A stretch of DNA of 64,000 bases from Nitrospinota bacterium (GTDB lineage Bacteria > UBA8248), in NCBI GenBank assembly GCA_030754595.1, contig JASLZZ010000056.1, positions 19,805 through 83,804 on the forward strand, written 5' to 3'. The notes below the pieces were generated by a model. The model worked only from the letters and a program-made list of their open reading frames with translations. It was not told the DNA's origin and ran no database searches. How positions within the stretch are numbered: the first letter of the stretch is position 1; every line of letters begins with the position of its first letter. Shown here one piece after another: positions 19,202 through 27,314 of this stretch. The translations under genes and the position numbers were made by a program.

Positions 19202-19861
19202 TTATCGGTAAAAAAAATCCGGCAAAACCGCAGCATCGATCCCGGCCAGCCTTAATTTTTTCTTATCCGGGAGATTTCCCCCGACGCGCACTTTTTGCTC
19301 CAACTTGTTATGGCAATGATCGCATCGCGGCTGGGCCGTCCGGGGAACAACAAACCGCTTCGCGGATCTCCCCCCCGCAAGGTGGCCGTTGTGGCACTGC
19401 ACACACGAAAAAGGAAGCGTGGCATGATCGAGAATGGCGTGAAAATCCTCTTCCTCGAGTTTCAAAATTCTCTCGTCCGCATGACATTTCAGGCAATCCT
19501 TATCCGCTATTGGGTGGAACACACGAGATGGGTGCTCGTAGTCGCCCAGGACAAATTTAACCGTATCCTTCGCCGCCAGAAAGGTGGTCCGCGCCATTCC
19601 AACGATTCCTTCTTCGCCATGACAGGATATGCACTTCGCTTTTTCGCCCGTGAGGTGCCAACCGGCAAGGGAGCGGATTGATTTGGCGGGGCGGGCGCCG
19701 TCATCTAAATATTCCTGATGATCCTGCAAATGGCATGAAGTACAGAAAGGATCATAGGATTCGACGGCCCGGATACCATATAAGCCGCCAACCCCCAAAA
19801 CGAGCAACAGGAGAGCGGCCAAAGGGAGCGCAACCTCCAGACGAAGCGGGAAATACCGCAT
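19202..19861 (-). CDS. Membrane-anchored pentaheme c-type cytochrome (NapC/NirT-like)
   Basis: N-terminal TM helix and five CxxCH (CTSCH, CISCH, CLKCH, CVQCH, CDHCH); GGAG RBS before ATG 19861. Confidence 0.8.
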   Translation of the reverse strand: MRYFPLRLEVALPLAALLLLVLGVGGLYGIRAVESYDPFCTSCHLQDHQEYLDDGARPAKSIRSLAGWHLTGEKAKCISCHGEEGIVGMARTTFLAAKDTVKFVLGDYEHPSRVFHPIADKDCLKCHADERILKLEEEDFHAILDHATLPFSCVQCHNGHLAGGRSAKRFVVPRTAQPRCDHCHNKLEQKVRVGGNLPDKKKLRLAGIDAAVLPDFFYR

Positions 19862-20002
19862 AAATTCTCCATCGGACGAGCAGTGTAATGCTATCACCCG
19901 CCCGCTGAGGCGGGCAACGAACCGCTCCCGGACAGCTCGCCTTGCCTTCTTCCCCGTCTGCAGGCCATTTGATAGGATATTTAGCGAAAAGGAGAAGCTT
20001 AT

Positions 20003-20365
20003 ATGGCCCGCACCCGGTTCGGCCCGCGCCGGAGTCCTGGAATCAGGCCCCGGCCGAAAAAAACCAGCGAAAGCTCGAACGAGAGCGCCAAGGATGTCGC
20101 CAACCGACTGAAAAATGCGGCGCCCGTCGGGAAAAACGCGGCCGACTACCGCCGCAAATCACTCGATATCCACGGTTGGCTCTGCGCCAAGTGCGGAGTG
20201 GATTTCAACGAAAGTAACCTTCACCTTCTAACCGTTCATCATCGGGACGGGAACCACAAAAACAACCCACCCGACGGGAGCAACTGGGAGAATCTCTGCA
20301 CCCATTGCCACGACGACGAACACTCGCGGGGCATGCTTGGCAATTATTTGAGTGGCAAGAGATAA
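20003..20365 (+). CDS. YajD-family HNH nuclease
   Basis: CAKC, LTVHHRDGNHKNNPPDGSNWENLCTHCHDDEH. Confidence 0.85.
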   Translation: MARTRFGPRRSPGIRPRPKKTSESSNESAKDVANRLKNAAPVGKNAADYRRKSLDIHGWLCAKCGVDFNESNLHLLTVHHRDGNHKNNPPDGSNWENLCTHCHDDEHSRGMLGNYLSGKR

Positions 20366-20393
20366 TTTTCCATAACCTATTGTTGGCATTCCT

Positions 20394-21665
20394 ATGATAC
20401 TCCGAATATTGCCATCCCCGGCCCAGGGCAAAATCAGCGTTCCGGCGTCGAAGTCTCACACAATTCGTGCGATTGCCTTTGGCTCCCTGGCATCGGGCGA
20501 GAGCATCATTCGAAACCCTCTCGATTCGGAAGACGCACATTCCGCCGCGGCCGTCTACGAGGCGTTGGGCGCCAATATAACGAAACAAGAGGGGGAATGG
20601 AGGGTGGAGGGCTTCGGAGGCCTCCCCTCGCCTCCAAGCAGACAAATCGATGTCGGGAATTCGGGCACGACCTGCCGCATGGGGCTGGGAACAGCCGCGC
20701 TTTTGCCCGAGGGAGAAGCGCGATTCGATGGCGATCCACAAACCCGCCGCCGCCCGATGGGCCCTTTGCTCGACGCTCTTTCCGACCTGGGGGCGAGGGC
20801 TGTTTCGGAAAACGACGACGGGAGACTTCCCGCCAAGGTCTCTGGGCCCTGGCTGGGCGGAGAGACGCAGGTAGACGGCACTACGAGTCAATATACCTCC
20901 AGCCTCATCTTGAACGCCCCGTTCGGCGGAGGAGACTCAATCATCGATCCTGTCGATCTCAACGAGCGCCCTTATGTGGACATGACCCTCTGGTGGCTCG
21001 GGAAGCTGGGGCTCTCATTTGAACGGGAAGGCTATGAGCATTTTTGCGTGCCGGGCAATCAGGCGCTTTCCTCTTTCGATATGGAAGTTCCCGCCGACTT
21101 CAGTTCGGCCGCATTCATGGTTGCCGCCGCCGCACTTCCCAGCGGAGATGTTCTTCTCGAGGGCCTCGATATGGACGACCCGCAGGGAGACAAAGCCATC
21201 CTCGGCATGGTGGCCGGGATGGGTGCCGAAGTGCGTGAGGAGAACGGCTCGATTCGTATCCGGGGGGTTTCGCTCGAGGGCGGTGAATTTGACCTAAATT
21301 CCACACCCGACCTGTTGCCGGTTATGGCCGTCCTGGGCGCCTTTGCCGATGGAGAAACCCGGCTCGTCAATGTTCCTCAGGCGCGAATAAAAGAAACCGA
21401 CCGAATCACCGCCATGCGAGAAGTCATAGAATCACTGGGCGGCTCGGCCACCGAACTGCCGGACGCTCTCATTGTCCGGGGAGGAGGCCTCAAGGGCGGC
21501 AAGGCCCATGGTTTCGGCGACCACCGGGTGGTCATGGCCGCCGCCGTTGCCGGGCTCGCCGCTCCCCTGGGGGTGGAGGTCGACACGGCCGAGGCAATGG
21601 CGATAACCTTTCCTGACTTTTGCGAGCGCATGCGCCGGCTTGGCGCGCGGATGGAGAAAGAATAA
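20394..21665 (+). CDS. aroA: 3-phosphoshikimate 1-carboxyvinyltransferase
   Basis: SKSHT.R, GNSGTT.R, RRRPM, TSQY, RIKETDRI, DHRVVM. Confidence 0.95.
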   Translation: MILRILPSPAQGKISVPASKSHTIRAIAFGSLASGESIIRNPLDSEDAHSAAAVYEALGANITKQEGEWRVEGFGGLPSPPSRQIDVGNSGTTCRMGLGTAALLPEGEARFDGDPQTRRRPMGPLLDALSDLGARAVSENDDGRLPAKVSGPWLGGETQVDGTTSQYTSSLILNAPFGGGDSIIDPVDLNERPYVDMTLWWLGKLGLSFEREGYEHFCVPGNQALSSFDMEVPADFSSAAFMVAAAALPSGDVLLEGLDMDDPQGDKAILGMVAGMGAEVREENGSIRIRGVSLEGGEFDLNSTPDLLPVMAVLGAFADGETRLVNVPQARIKETDRITAMREVIESLGGSATELPDALIVRGGGLKGGKAHGFGDHRVVMAAAVAGLAAPLGVEVDTAEAMAITFPDFCERMRRLGARMEKE

Positions 21666-21998
21666 ATGCCGATTTTCGAATACGAATGCAAAGATTGCGG
21701 TTTTATTTCGGGCCATCTGGTGATGAAACCCTCGGACCGCCGGAAACTTGCCTGCCGGGACTGCGGCGGAAAAAAAATTCGCAAGATCATGTCACGGTTC
21801 GCTTCGCACAAATCCGAGGGCCAGCGCCTTGACGAATTCAAGCCCTCCGACGCCCGGGGCGACACCTTCTACAAGGACGACCGCAATATCGGGCTTTGGG
21901 CCCAAAAACGCGCTCAGCAAATGGGCCTCGACCTGGGGGACTCCTTCAAGGAAACCCTCGAGAAGGGACGGTCCAGAAAAATCCTGGACAATCTTTAG
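21666..21998 (+). CDS. FmdB-family zinc ribbon protein
   Basis: MPIFEYECKDC...CRDCGG. Confidence 0.85.
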   Translation: MPIFEYECKDCGFISGHLVMKPSDRRKLACRDCGGKKIRKIMSRFASHKSEGQRLDEFKPSDARGDTFYKDDRNIGLWAQKRAQQMGLDLGDSFKETLEKGRSRKILDNL

Positions 21999-22078
21999 GC
22001 CGGAATGGACCTGAAATTCAACATATCGCCGCCGCATAATTCTTTCCCGGCCACCAAGTTCTCTGGCTGGACCGCGCG

Positions 22079-22630
22079 ATGACGGCTAAGACAAATCCCG
22101 TTCGAGAGGATATTCCGCGTTGTGCCTGGACCGGAACGGACCCGTTGCTGGTGAAATATCATGATGAGGAATGGGGAGTCCCCGTAAGCACCGATGCCGC
22201 CCATTTCGAGCGACTTTCGCTCGAAGCGTTTCAGGCCGGCCTCTCCTGGCGAACCATCCTATATAAGCGGACAGCCTTCCGGAGGGCATTCGCCCGGTTC
22301 TCACCGCGCAAAGTGGCCGCCTTTACCGAAAAGGATATCCGCCGCCTGCTGAGTGATGCGGGAATCGTCCGCCACCGGGGAAAGATAGAGGCGACCATTG
22401 AAAACGCCCGGCGCTTTCTTGTCCTCTCGAAAGAGAACGGCGGTTTTTCCCGTTATATCGATTCACTCCCCGCCAATCTTGAGGAACTTCGCCGTTTGTT
22501 CCGGACCGAATTCAGGTTCATGGGGCCGAAAATCGCGGAAAGCTACTTTGAGAGCGTGGGCAAGATTCCCCCGAAACACGACCGGCGGTGCTGGATGGCC
22601 GGAAGCACCCCCCGGAGAAAGAGGACTTGA
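22079..22630 (+). CDS. tag: DNA-3-methyladenine glycosylase I
   Basis: RCAW, YHDEEWG, LEAFQAGLSW.TIL, GIVRHRGKI, C-terminal H..C Zn ligands. Confidence 0.9.
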   Translation: MTAKTNPVREDIPRCAWTGTDPLLVKYHDEEWGVPVSTDAAHFERLSLEAFQAGLSWRTILYKRTAFRRAFARFSPRKVAAFTEKDIRRLLSDAGIVRHRGKIEATIENARRFLVLSKENGGFSRYIDSLPANLEELRRLFRTEFRFMGPKIAESYFESVGKIPPKHDRRCWMAGSTPRRKRT

Positions 22631-22746
22631 GCGTATGGCCCCCAAGCGATATCTTGTGGGCGTTGAAGCGTGAATATTCTCCTGCCCGGGCCAGGGAGGT
22701 CGAGGCTCCCGGGGAGATCCAGACTCAATGAGCGTGAGAACAAGCC

Positions 22747-23022
22747 GTGTTCATATTTAGGGAATTTCAAGCATTTATGGGAGCCACGCTCCCTCTCATG
22801 GTCAAGGTGGGCATCATCTACCTGATCCTGAGGTTTACTTTCGCCGTTTCGAATGTCGTCGTTCGCCTTTCCACGCTCCACGCTCCGAAAAGGGCGCCTG
22901 CCGAGGACCAGCCGGAGAGTTCCACTACCCCGGCGGCCCAAATCCCCGAAACGGTTGAAGGCGAAGACGGAGCGGAAGAAGGCGAACCGGCCGCGCTCCC
23001 CGAATCAACAACCGAAGACTAG
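22747..23022 (+). CDS. Small hypothetical membrane protein with acidic tail
   Basis: One hydrophobic segment followed by an E/P/A-rich tail; start uncertain. Confidence 0.45.
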   Translation: MFIFREFQAFMGATLPLMVKVGIIYLILRFTFAVSNVVVRLSTLHAPKRAPAEDQPESSTTPAAQIPETVEGEDGAEEGEPAALPESTTED

Positions 23023-23103
23023 CCACCCCGCCCGCCTGTTTCGGTTTTTCTGGTCATTATCAAGACACTGCCGATTGAGCCAAGAGCGCATCGATAGCGC
23101 CTT

Positions 23104-23669
23104 TTAGTCCTTGACGCTTTCGGGGGCTGAGGAACCGCTCGATGAGATGACCGCTCTCTTGATCATATCGACCTGCGCGCTCAGATCCAGGACCGAAATC
23201 CGCTGGACGAGCCATCCGGCATGACGAACGAATGGCATCACACGCTCGGACTCGCGCTCCTGTGGAATAAACGAGGGTGCGAGTCCCAGGAGTACGGCGT
23301 AAACCGTCGCGATGACAAAAAATCCCTTCCCCAAACCGATAAAGCCGCCGCCGACGCGATTGGCGTACCCTTTCGGCTTTTTTTCCATTAACCGCAGGAG
23401 AACTTTCCCCGACAGACTCACTCCCAGCCATACGATCACGAAAACTCCCGTGAAAGCCACGCTTCTGGGAATTGAAGAGCCACCCACCCAAGGTCGCAGG
23501 GCGACCCCCAGGGCGGGGCCGAATTGAAAGAGGCCACATACCCCGCCAGAATCGAAGAAAGGGAGACAACTTCCTTCAAGGCGCCCTGGAAAAAGCTCCT
23601 GAGAAAAAATGCAGTCAGGACAACTAAAACCACGCTATCGGCTAAGGAGATATTAATCATGGGTTCCAT
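23104..23669 (-). pseudogene. cvpA: CvpA (colicin V production) family protein with a -1 frameshift near 23527-23530
   Basis: N-half DSVVLVVL..RSFFQGALKEVVSL and C-half NRVGGGFIGLGKG are in different frames; adding one T (TCT TTT CAA) gives YVASFQFGPALGVALRPWVGG. Confidence 0.75.
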
Positions 23670-23729
23670 GGAGGAGTAGGCGCGTCATTTCGAATGGAAA
23701 GGCCAGCGCCCGGAGGTGTACTCCGAGAA

Positions 23730-24332
23730 TCAGACGCCCCCTCCGTCAGGGGAAAATTCCATCAACATCACCAGGGCGTCCTCCCCGTTGTCGGGGTAAT
23801 AGCCCTTCCGCATCGCCACCGGGGAGAAGCCGAACCCCTCGTAAAGGGAAACCGCCGCCCCATTGCTGTTCCGGGCCTCCAGCGTCGCCCGCACGGCGTC
23901 GCGGCGGCGGGCGTCCTTGAGAATCTCCCTCATCAGGAACTTACCGACCCCCCGCCGGCGCGCCTCGGGCGATACCGTGACGTTCGTGATATGACACTCG
24001 TCCTTCACCTCCCACCAACAGGCGTAGCCGACGATGGCGAGGCCACCCGCGGCGGGGCCACCCGTGGCGGAGCCGCCAACGGCGGGACCGGCCCGGCCGT
24101 TCCGCCCCTCCACCTCCTCGGCGACCAAAGGCCGGGAAAAGGGAATCTTCTCTATCTCGCGGACGAAGGCATCCTCCGTCCAGGGAAGGGAGAAAGAGCG
24201 CACCTCGATCTTCATCACCTCGGGGATGTCGCCCACCCGCATCGGGCGCAGGCGCAGGCGCATCGGGCCGCCCCCTCCATAGGCGAAAATCTCGATCTTC
24301 CCCCGGTCAGGCCCGACAGCCCCTTCGCTCAC
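23730..24332 (-). CDS. rimI: Ribosomal protein S18 alanine N-acetyltransferase
   Basis: IEVRSFSLPW, ECHITNVTV..RRRGVG, LEARNSN..A..LY, RKGYY..NGEDALVM; GTG 24332 after GGAGAG. Confidence 0.85.
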   Translation of the reverse strand: MSEGAVGPDRGKIEIFAYGGGGPMRLRLRPMRVGDIPEVMKIEVRSFSLPWTEDAFVREIEKIPFSRPLVAEEVEGRNGRAGPAVGGSATGGPAAGGLAIVGYACWWEVKDECHITNVTVSPEARRRGVGKFLMREILKDARRRDAVRATLEARNSNGAAVSLYEGFGFSPVAMRKGYYPDNGEDALVMLMEFSPDGGGV

Positions 24333-24350
24333 AGCCTCTCTCCCGCGACA

Positions 24351-24433
24351 GGAATTTCGCGCAACCCGTCCGGATTTTCGCGCAACCCGCCCCAAACTTC
24401 ACCCGCCCGGCCGGGAATTTCGCGCCAGGCGCC
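24351..24433. repeat. Degenerate 21-nt tandem repeat (GGAATTTCGCGCAACCCGTCC-like, about 4 units)
   Basis: Units start at 24351, 24372, 24393 (degenerate) and 24414. Confidence 0.65.
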
Positions 24434-24485
24434 AAAAACCTCATACCTCGGACCGAACCATAAACCGGACCGAACCCTGGAAACA

Positions 24486-24519
24486 CCCTCCGCCGGGGGA
24501 GTCCGCCTCCGGCGGAGGG
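24486..24519. repeat. GC-rich inverted repeat (CCCTCCGCCGG / CCGGCGGAGGG)
   Basis: Perfect 11-bp arms at 24486-24496 and 24509-24519. Confidence 0.7.
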
Positions 24520-24631
24520 CTTCCAGCCGGGGCTTCCGCCCGGGGCCGCGTACCCCGTCTTTCGCTCAGCCCCCAGGGTGACTATAATCCCAATCATTCA
24601 GATTCACCATTCGGGTTTTAAGCACAAACCA

Positions 24632-24854
24632 GGGCCGGACACCCTTGGGGTGAAAGCCCCCCCGGCTGGGATACCCCGGGCTGGAAAGCCTTGAACTGGA
24701 AGCGCCGGACCTTACGCCACTAACGGAAACAAAGGCCGAGGCAAAAGCCCCCGTGCCGGAAGCACCGGGCAGAAAGCCTCGGGGTTTAACCCCCTCGGGC
24801 CGGACACCCTTGGGGTGAAAGGCCCCACCCGGGCCGAACACCCTTGGGGTGAAA
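24632..24854. repeat. Three direct copies of GGGCCGGACACCCTTGGGGTGAAA within a degenerate GGCCGGAAGCCC-like tract
   Basis: Copies at 24632-24655, 24797-24820 (identical) and 24831-24854 (1 mismatch). Confidence 0.8.
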
Positions 24855-24905
24855 ACCACCCCACGGGCCGGAAGCCCCTTTCCTTAATACTTCGGAGGAC
24901 GAAAA

Positions 24906-25613
24906 ATGGGAGCCACCCTCACCCTTCTGGGCCACTCGAGCTTTCTCGTTAAAACCGGCGGCGGGAAGACCATCTACATCGACCCCTGGCTCGGCTGCCC
25001 GACCTGCCCCGAGAGCCTCCAAACCCCCGAAAAGGCCGACCTCATCTGCGTCACCCACGGCCACTTCGACCACACCGCCAGCGTCGTCGATATCTACAAA
25101 CTAAACCCCTGCCCGGTGGCGGGCCCCTACGAACTCGTCCACCTCCTCGCCGCCGACGGCGATATGCCCGACGAACACAAGGGCCTCATGGGCAAGGGCG
25201 GCACCGTCGCCTTCGGAGACGTCTCCGTCACCCTCACCCACGCCATGCACAGCTCGAGCTACGGCGAGCCCGGCATCTACGCCGGCGAGCCCGCCGGGAT
25301 GATCCTCACCCTCGAGGACGGAAAGCGCGTCTACCACGCCGGCGACACCGCCGTATTCGGCGACATGGCCCTCATCGCCGAGCTCTACGCGCCCGACCTG
25401 TGCCTGCTGCCCATCGGCAGCCGCTTCACCATGGACCCGGCCGAGGCCGCCAAGGCCTGCGAGATCCTCGGGGCAGGGCGCGCCGTCCCGATCCACCATT
25501 CCACCTTCCCGCCCCTGACGGGAACCCCGGCCCAGTTCTCAGAAGAGGTGAAAAAACGCGGCCTCGCGACGGAGGTCACCGTCCTCGCCCCCGGCGAGTC
25601 CGTCGAGGTGTAG
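24906..25613 (+). CDS. UPF0173-like metal-dependent hydrolase (MBL fold)
   Basis: LGHSSF, IDPW, THGHFDH, AMHSS, YHAGDT, LLPIG, PIH. Confidence 0.9.
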   Translation: MGATLTLLGHSSFLVKTGGGKTIYIDPWLGCPTCPESLQTPEKADLICVTHGHFDHTASVVDIYKLNPCPVAGPYELVHLLAADGDMPDEHKGLMGKGGTVAFGDVSVTLTHAMHSSSYGEPGIYAGEPAGMILTLEDGKRVYHAGDTAVFGDMALIAELYAPDLCLLPIGSRFTMDPAEAAKACEILGAGRAVPIHHSTFPPLTGTPAQFSEEVKKRGLATEVTVLAPGESVEV

Positions 25614-25615
25614 GG

Positions 25616-25668
25616 CCCGGAGGGGCCTACGTACCCGAAGGGGCCTACGGTCCGAAGGGACCTACGGG
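25616..25668. repeat. Three 17-18-nt tandem units CCGAAGGGGCCTACG(G/T)
   Basis: cccggaggggcctacgta / cccgaaggggcctacgg / tccgaagggacctacgg directly after the hydrolase stop. Confidence 0.7.
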
Positions 25669-25709
25669 CTGCGGGGGCCGGTGGCCCCCTTTTAAAATCC
25701 CCCCAGGCT

Positions 25710-26229
25710 GGAAGCGGCTTCGCCTTGCCATCGGCAAGGGCTACCAAGAGGGAGCAAGCTAGTCTATGCTCATGCGACTGAAGAGCGAGGGTCTCGGCAA
25801 CGAGTGTGGGCTCAAGGCGCTGGACGGCGCACTTCGGCCCTCCACCGACGCTTTACTGAGGAAGATGGACAGGTGGCAGATGAATCGACATTGACTCCTC
25901 CGAGGACCCGGCCCACGGCGGCCAGGGTCTCCTATCATGCCAAGAAGTGGCACGTTCACGTGGCCTCGGCCTTCCCGCTAGCCCATTACTACCGGGCTGT
26001 GCTCGGCTACGGGTGACGCGGGGCTGCAAGCGGTGTTGGTCCCGGAGGAGAAAGGAGCATTGCGCCCCAAAATGGAGAAAACCCTTTACTCACGGTGGAT
26101 TTAGATGGAAGGGGCGTCCAAGAGGGTATCTTTTTGCGGACTTTATGGACTTCTTGGCGGGAGACACCACCCGAGGAAGGACAAATTGGCCGGATTTTGC
26201 TAGATTAAGGGTGTTGCGCATAATTCCGG
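25710..26229 (+). mobile_element. Internally deleted IS1380-family transposase relic with a probable right end
   Basis: RLAIGK...GAS*SMLMRL...GLKALD..., then IDIDSSEDPAHG fused directly to C-terminal AARVSYHAKKWHVHVASAFPLAHYYRAVLG*; candidate end ...GCATAATTCCGG at ~26229. Confidence 0.65.
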
Positions 26230-26296
26230 ACTAAACACTAGAATGGCTTCAGCCAAGGGACGAAATGGGAAATCCGGGTTTAGAGGAGGTATTCGA

Positions 26297-26650
26297 ATGA
26301 AGTATGACAAAGAGAAAATTCAGGTGGGTTTGTGGAGTGCTATTGGTGGTGCAATCGTATTGGCCATCATCGGATTCAATTGGGGTGGATGGGTCCTGGG
26401 GAGTACTTCCCAGAAAATGGGTGAGGAAATGGCCGAAGAAGCTGTCGTCAGCCGCTTGGCACCCATTTGTGTCGAGCAGTTTCGCCAGGATTCAGAGAAA
26501 GTTTATAAGCTCAAGGAAATGAAGGCAAAAGATGACTGGAAGAGAGGCGACTACGTGGAAGAACAGGGTTGGGCGACCATGCCCGGCGAAAAGAAACCCA
26601 ACAGCGAGGTTGCGGGAAAGTGCGCGGAAAAGCTCATGAAACTCACGTAG
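26297..26650 (+). CDS. Conserved-looking hypothetical membrane-anchored protein
   Basis: GAGGAGG RBS; N-terminal TM, IGFNWGGWV, LAPICVEQF, GWATMPG, KCA. Confidence 0.75.
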   Translation: MKYDKEKIQVGLWSAIGGAIVLAIIGFNWGGWVLGSTSQKMGEEMAEEAVVSRLAPICVEQFRQDSEKVYKLKEMKAKDDWKRGDYVEEQGWATMPGEKKPNSEVAGKCAEKLMKLT

Positions 26651-26991
26651 CGCCCTTTGCTGGCCGGGGTTTTGACTGGAGGAAGCACCTCGGATTGCGT
26701 CATCGGCGGGGGTAGGGGGCAGAGCCCCCCTTCCGCGCGGGCGGCGGGAACGGCTCCCGAGCGCGAAGAGATTTTTGCGATTAATAGATTTTGTTGAAAA
26801 CGGCAGAGGAAAATTTCGACAGTTTTTGTTTTTGCATTGCGTTTCACCTGTGATGAACGAATGGATTGACATAAACAGGTCTTATTTTTTTGATTTAGTG
26901 GCTAGGGGTGAAAATGTTCAGCCTTGCGTAAAAAAATGTTCTTTGTGGACCACGAGAAATGGCCCCACTAACTTAAAATTAGAGTAAATGG

Positions 26992-27280
26992 TTAGTTGGA
27001 TACCAACTCCCGATATTCCAACTTCTTCGCCCCAATGAGCTTCGCCAGCGTGTCACGGAATAGGTATAGGTTCTTTCGGTTATTATGCTGCCACTCGATT
27101 TCGCCCAAATAGACGTCCAGATACTTCGCGCTGATCTTATGAAAAGTCCCGGCAATGGATCGACTCAGGAGGCTCTAGACAGATTCAAACGAGTTGGTGT
27201 GGATGTCGCCGTCTCGGATTCATTCTTTCTCACTATGGTTGACCGTTTCGTGCCTTGTATTTTTGTCACCGGCCTCGGAG
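26992..27280 (-). mobile_element. IS1595-family transposase C-terminal relic with nonsense codons
   Basis: HETVNHSEKE*IRDGDIHTNSFESV*SLLSRSIAGTFHKISAKYLDVYLGEIEWQHNNRKNLYLFRDTL...LEYRELVSN*; both stops fall where Trp is expected. Confidence 0.8.
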
Positions 27281-27314
27281 GCGGCTTCGCCCACCGCCCG
27301 CGAGAGGCCCCCAG

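Noticed and set aside
20003..20365. HNH gene as a mobile or defence nuclease
   Set aside because: Matches the ordinary YajD-type chromosomal HNH pattern in a housekeeping context, with no associated repeats or RNA
24632..24854. Three 24-nt direct repeats as a possible CRISPR array
   Set aside because: Spacers are 141 and 10 nt, the intervening DNA is itself repeat-like, and there are no cas genes
27180..27225. In-frame TGA/TAG in the IS1595 fragment as recoding
   Set aside because: They fall at expected Trp codons in a truncated transposase, consistent with decay; other genes use TGA as a normal stop
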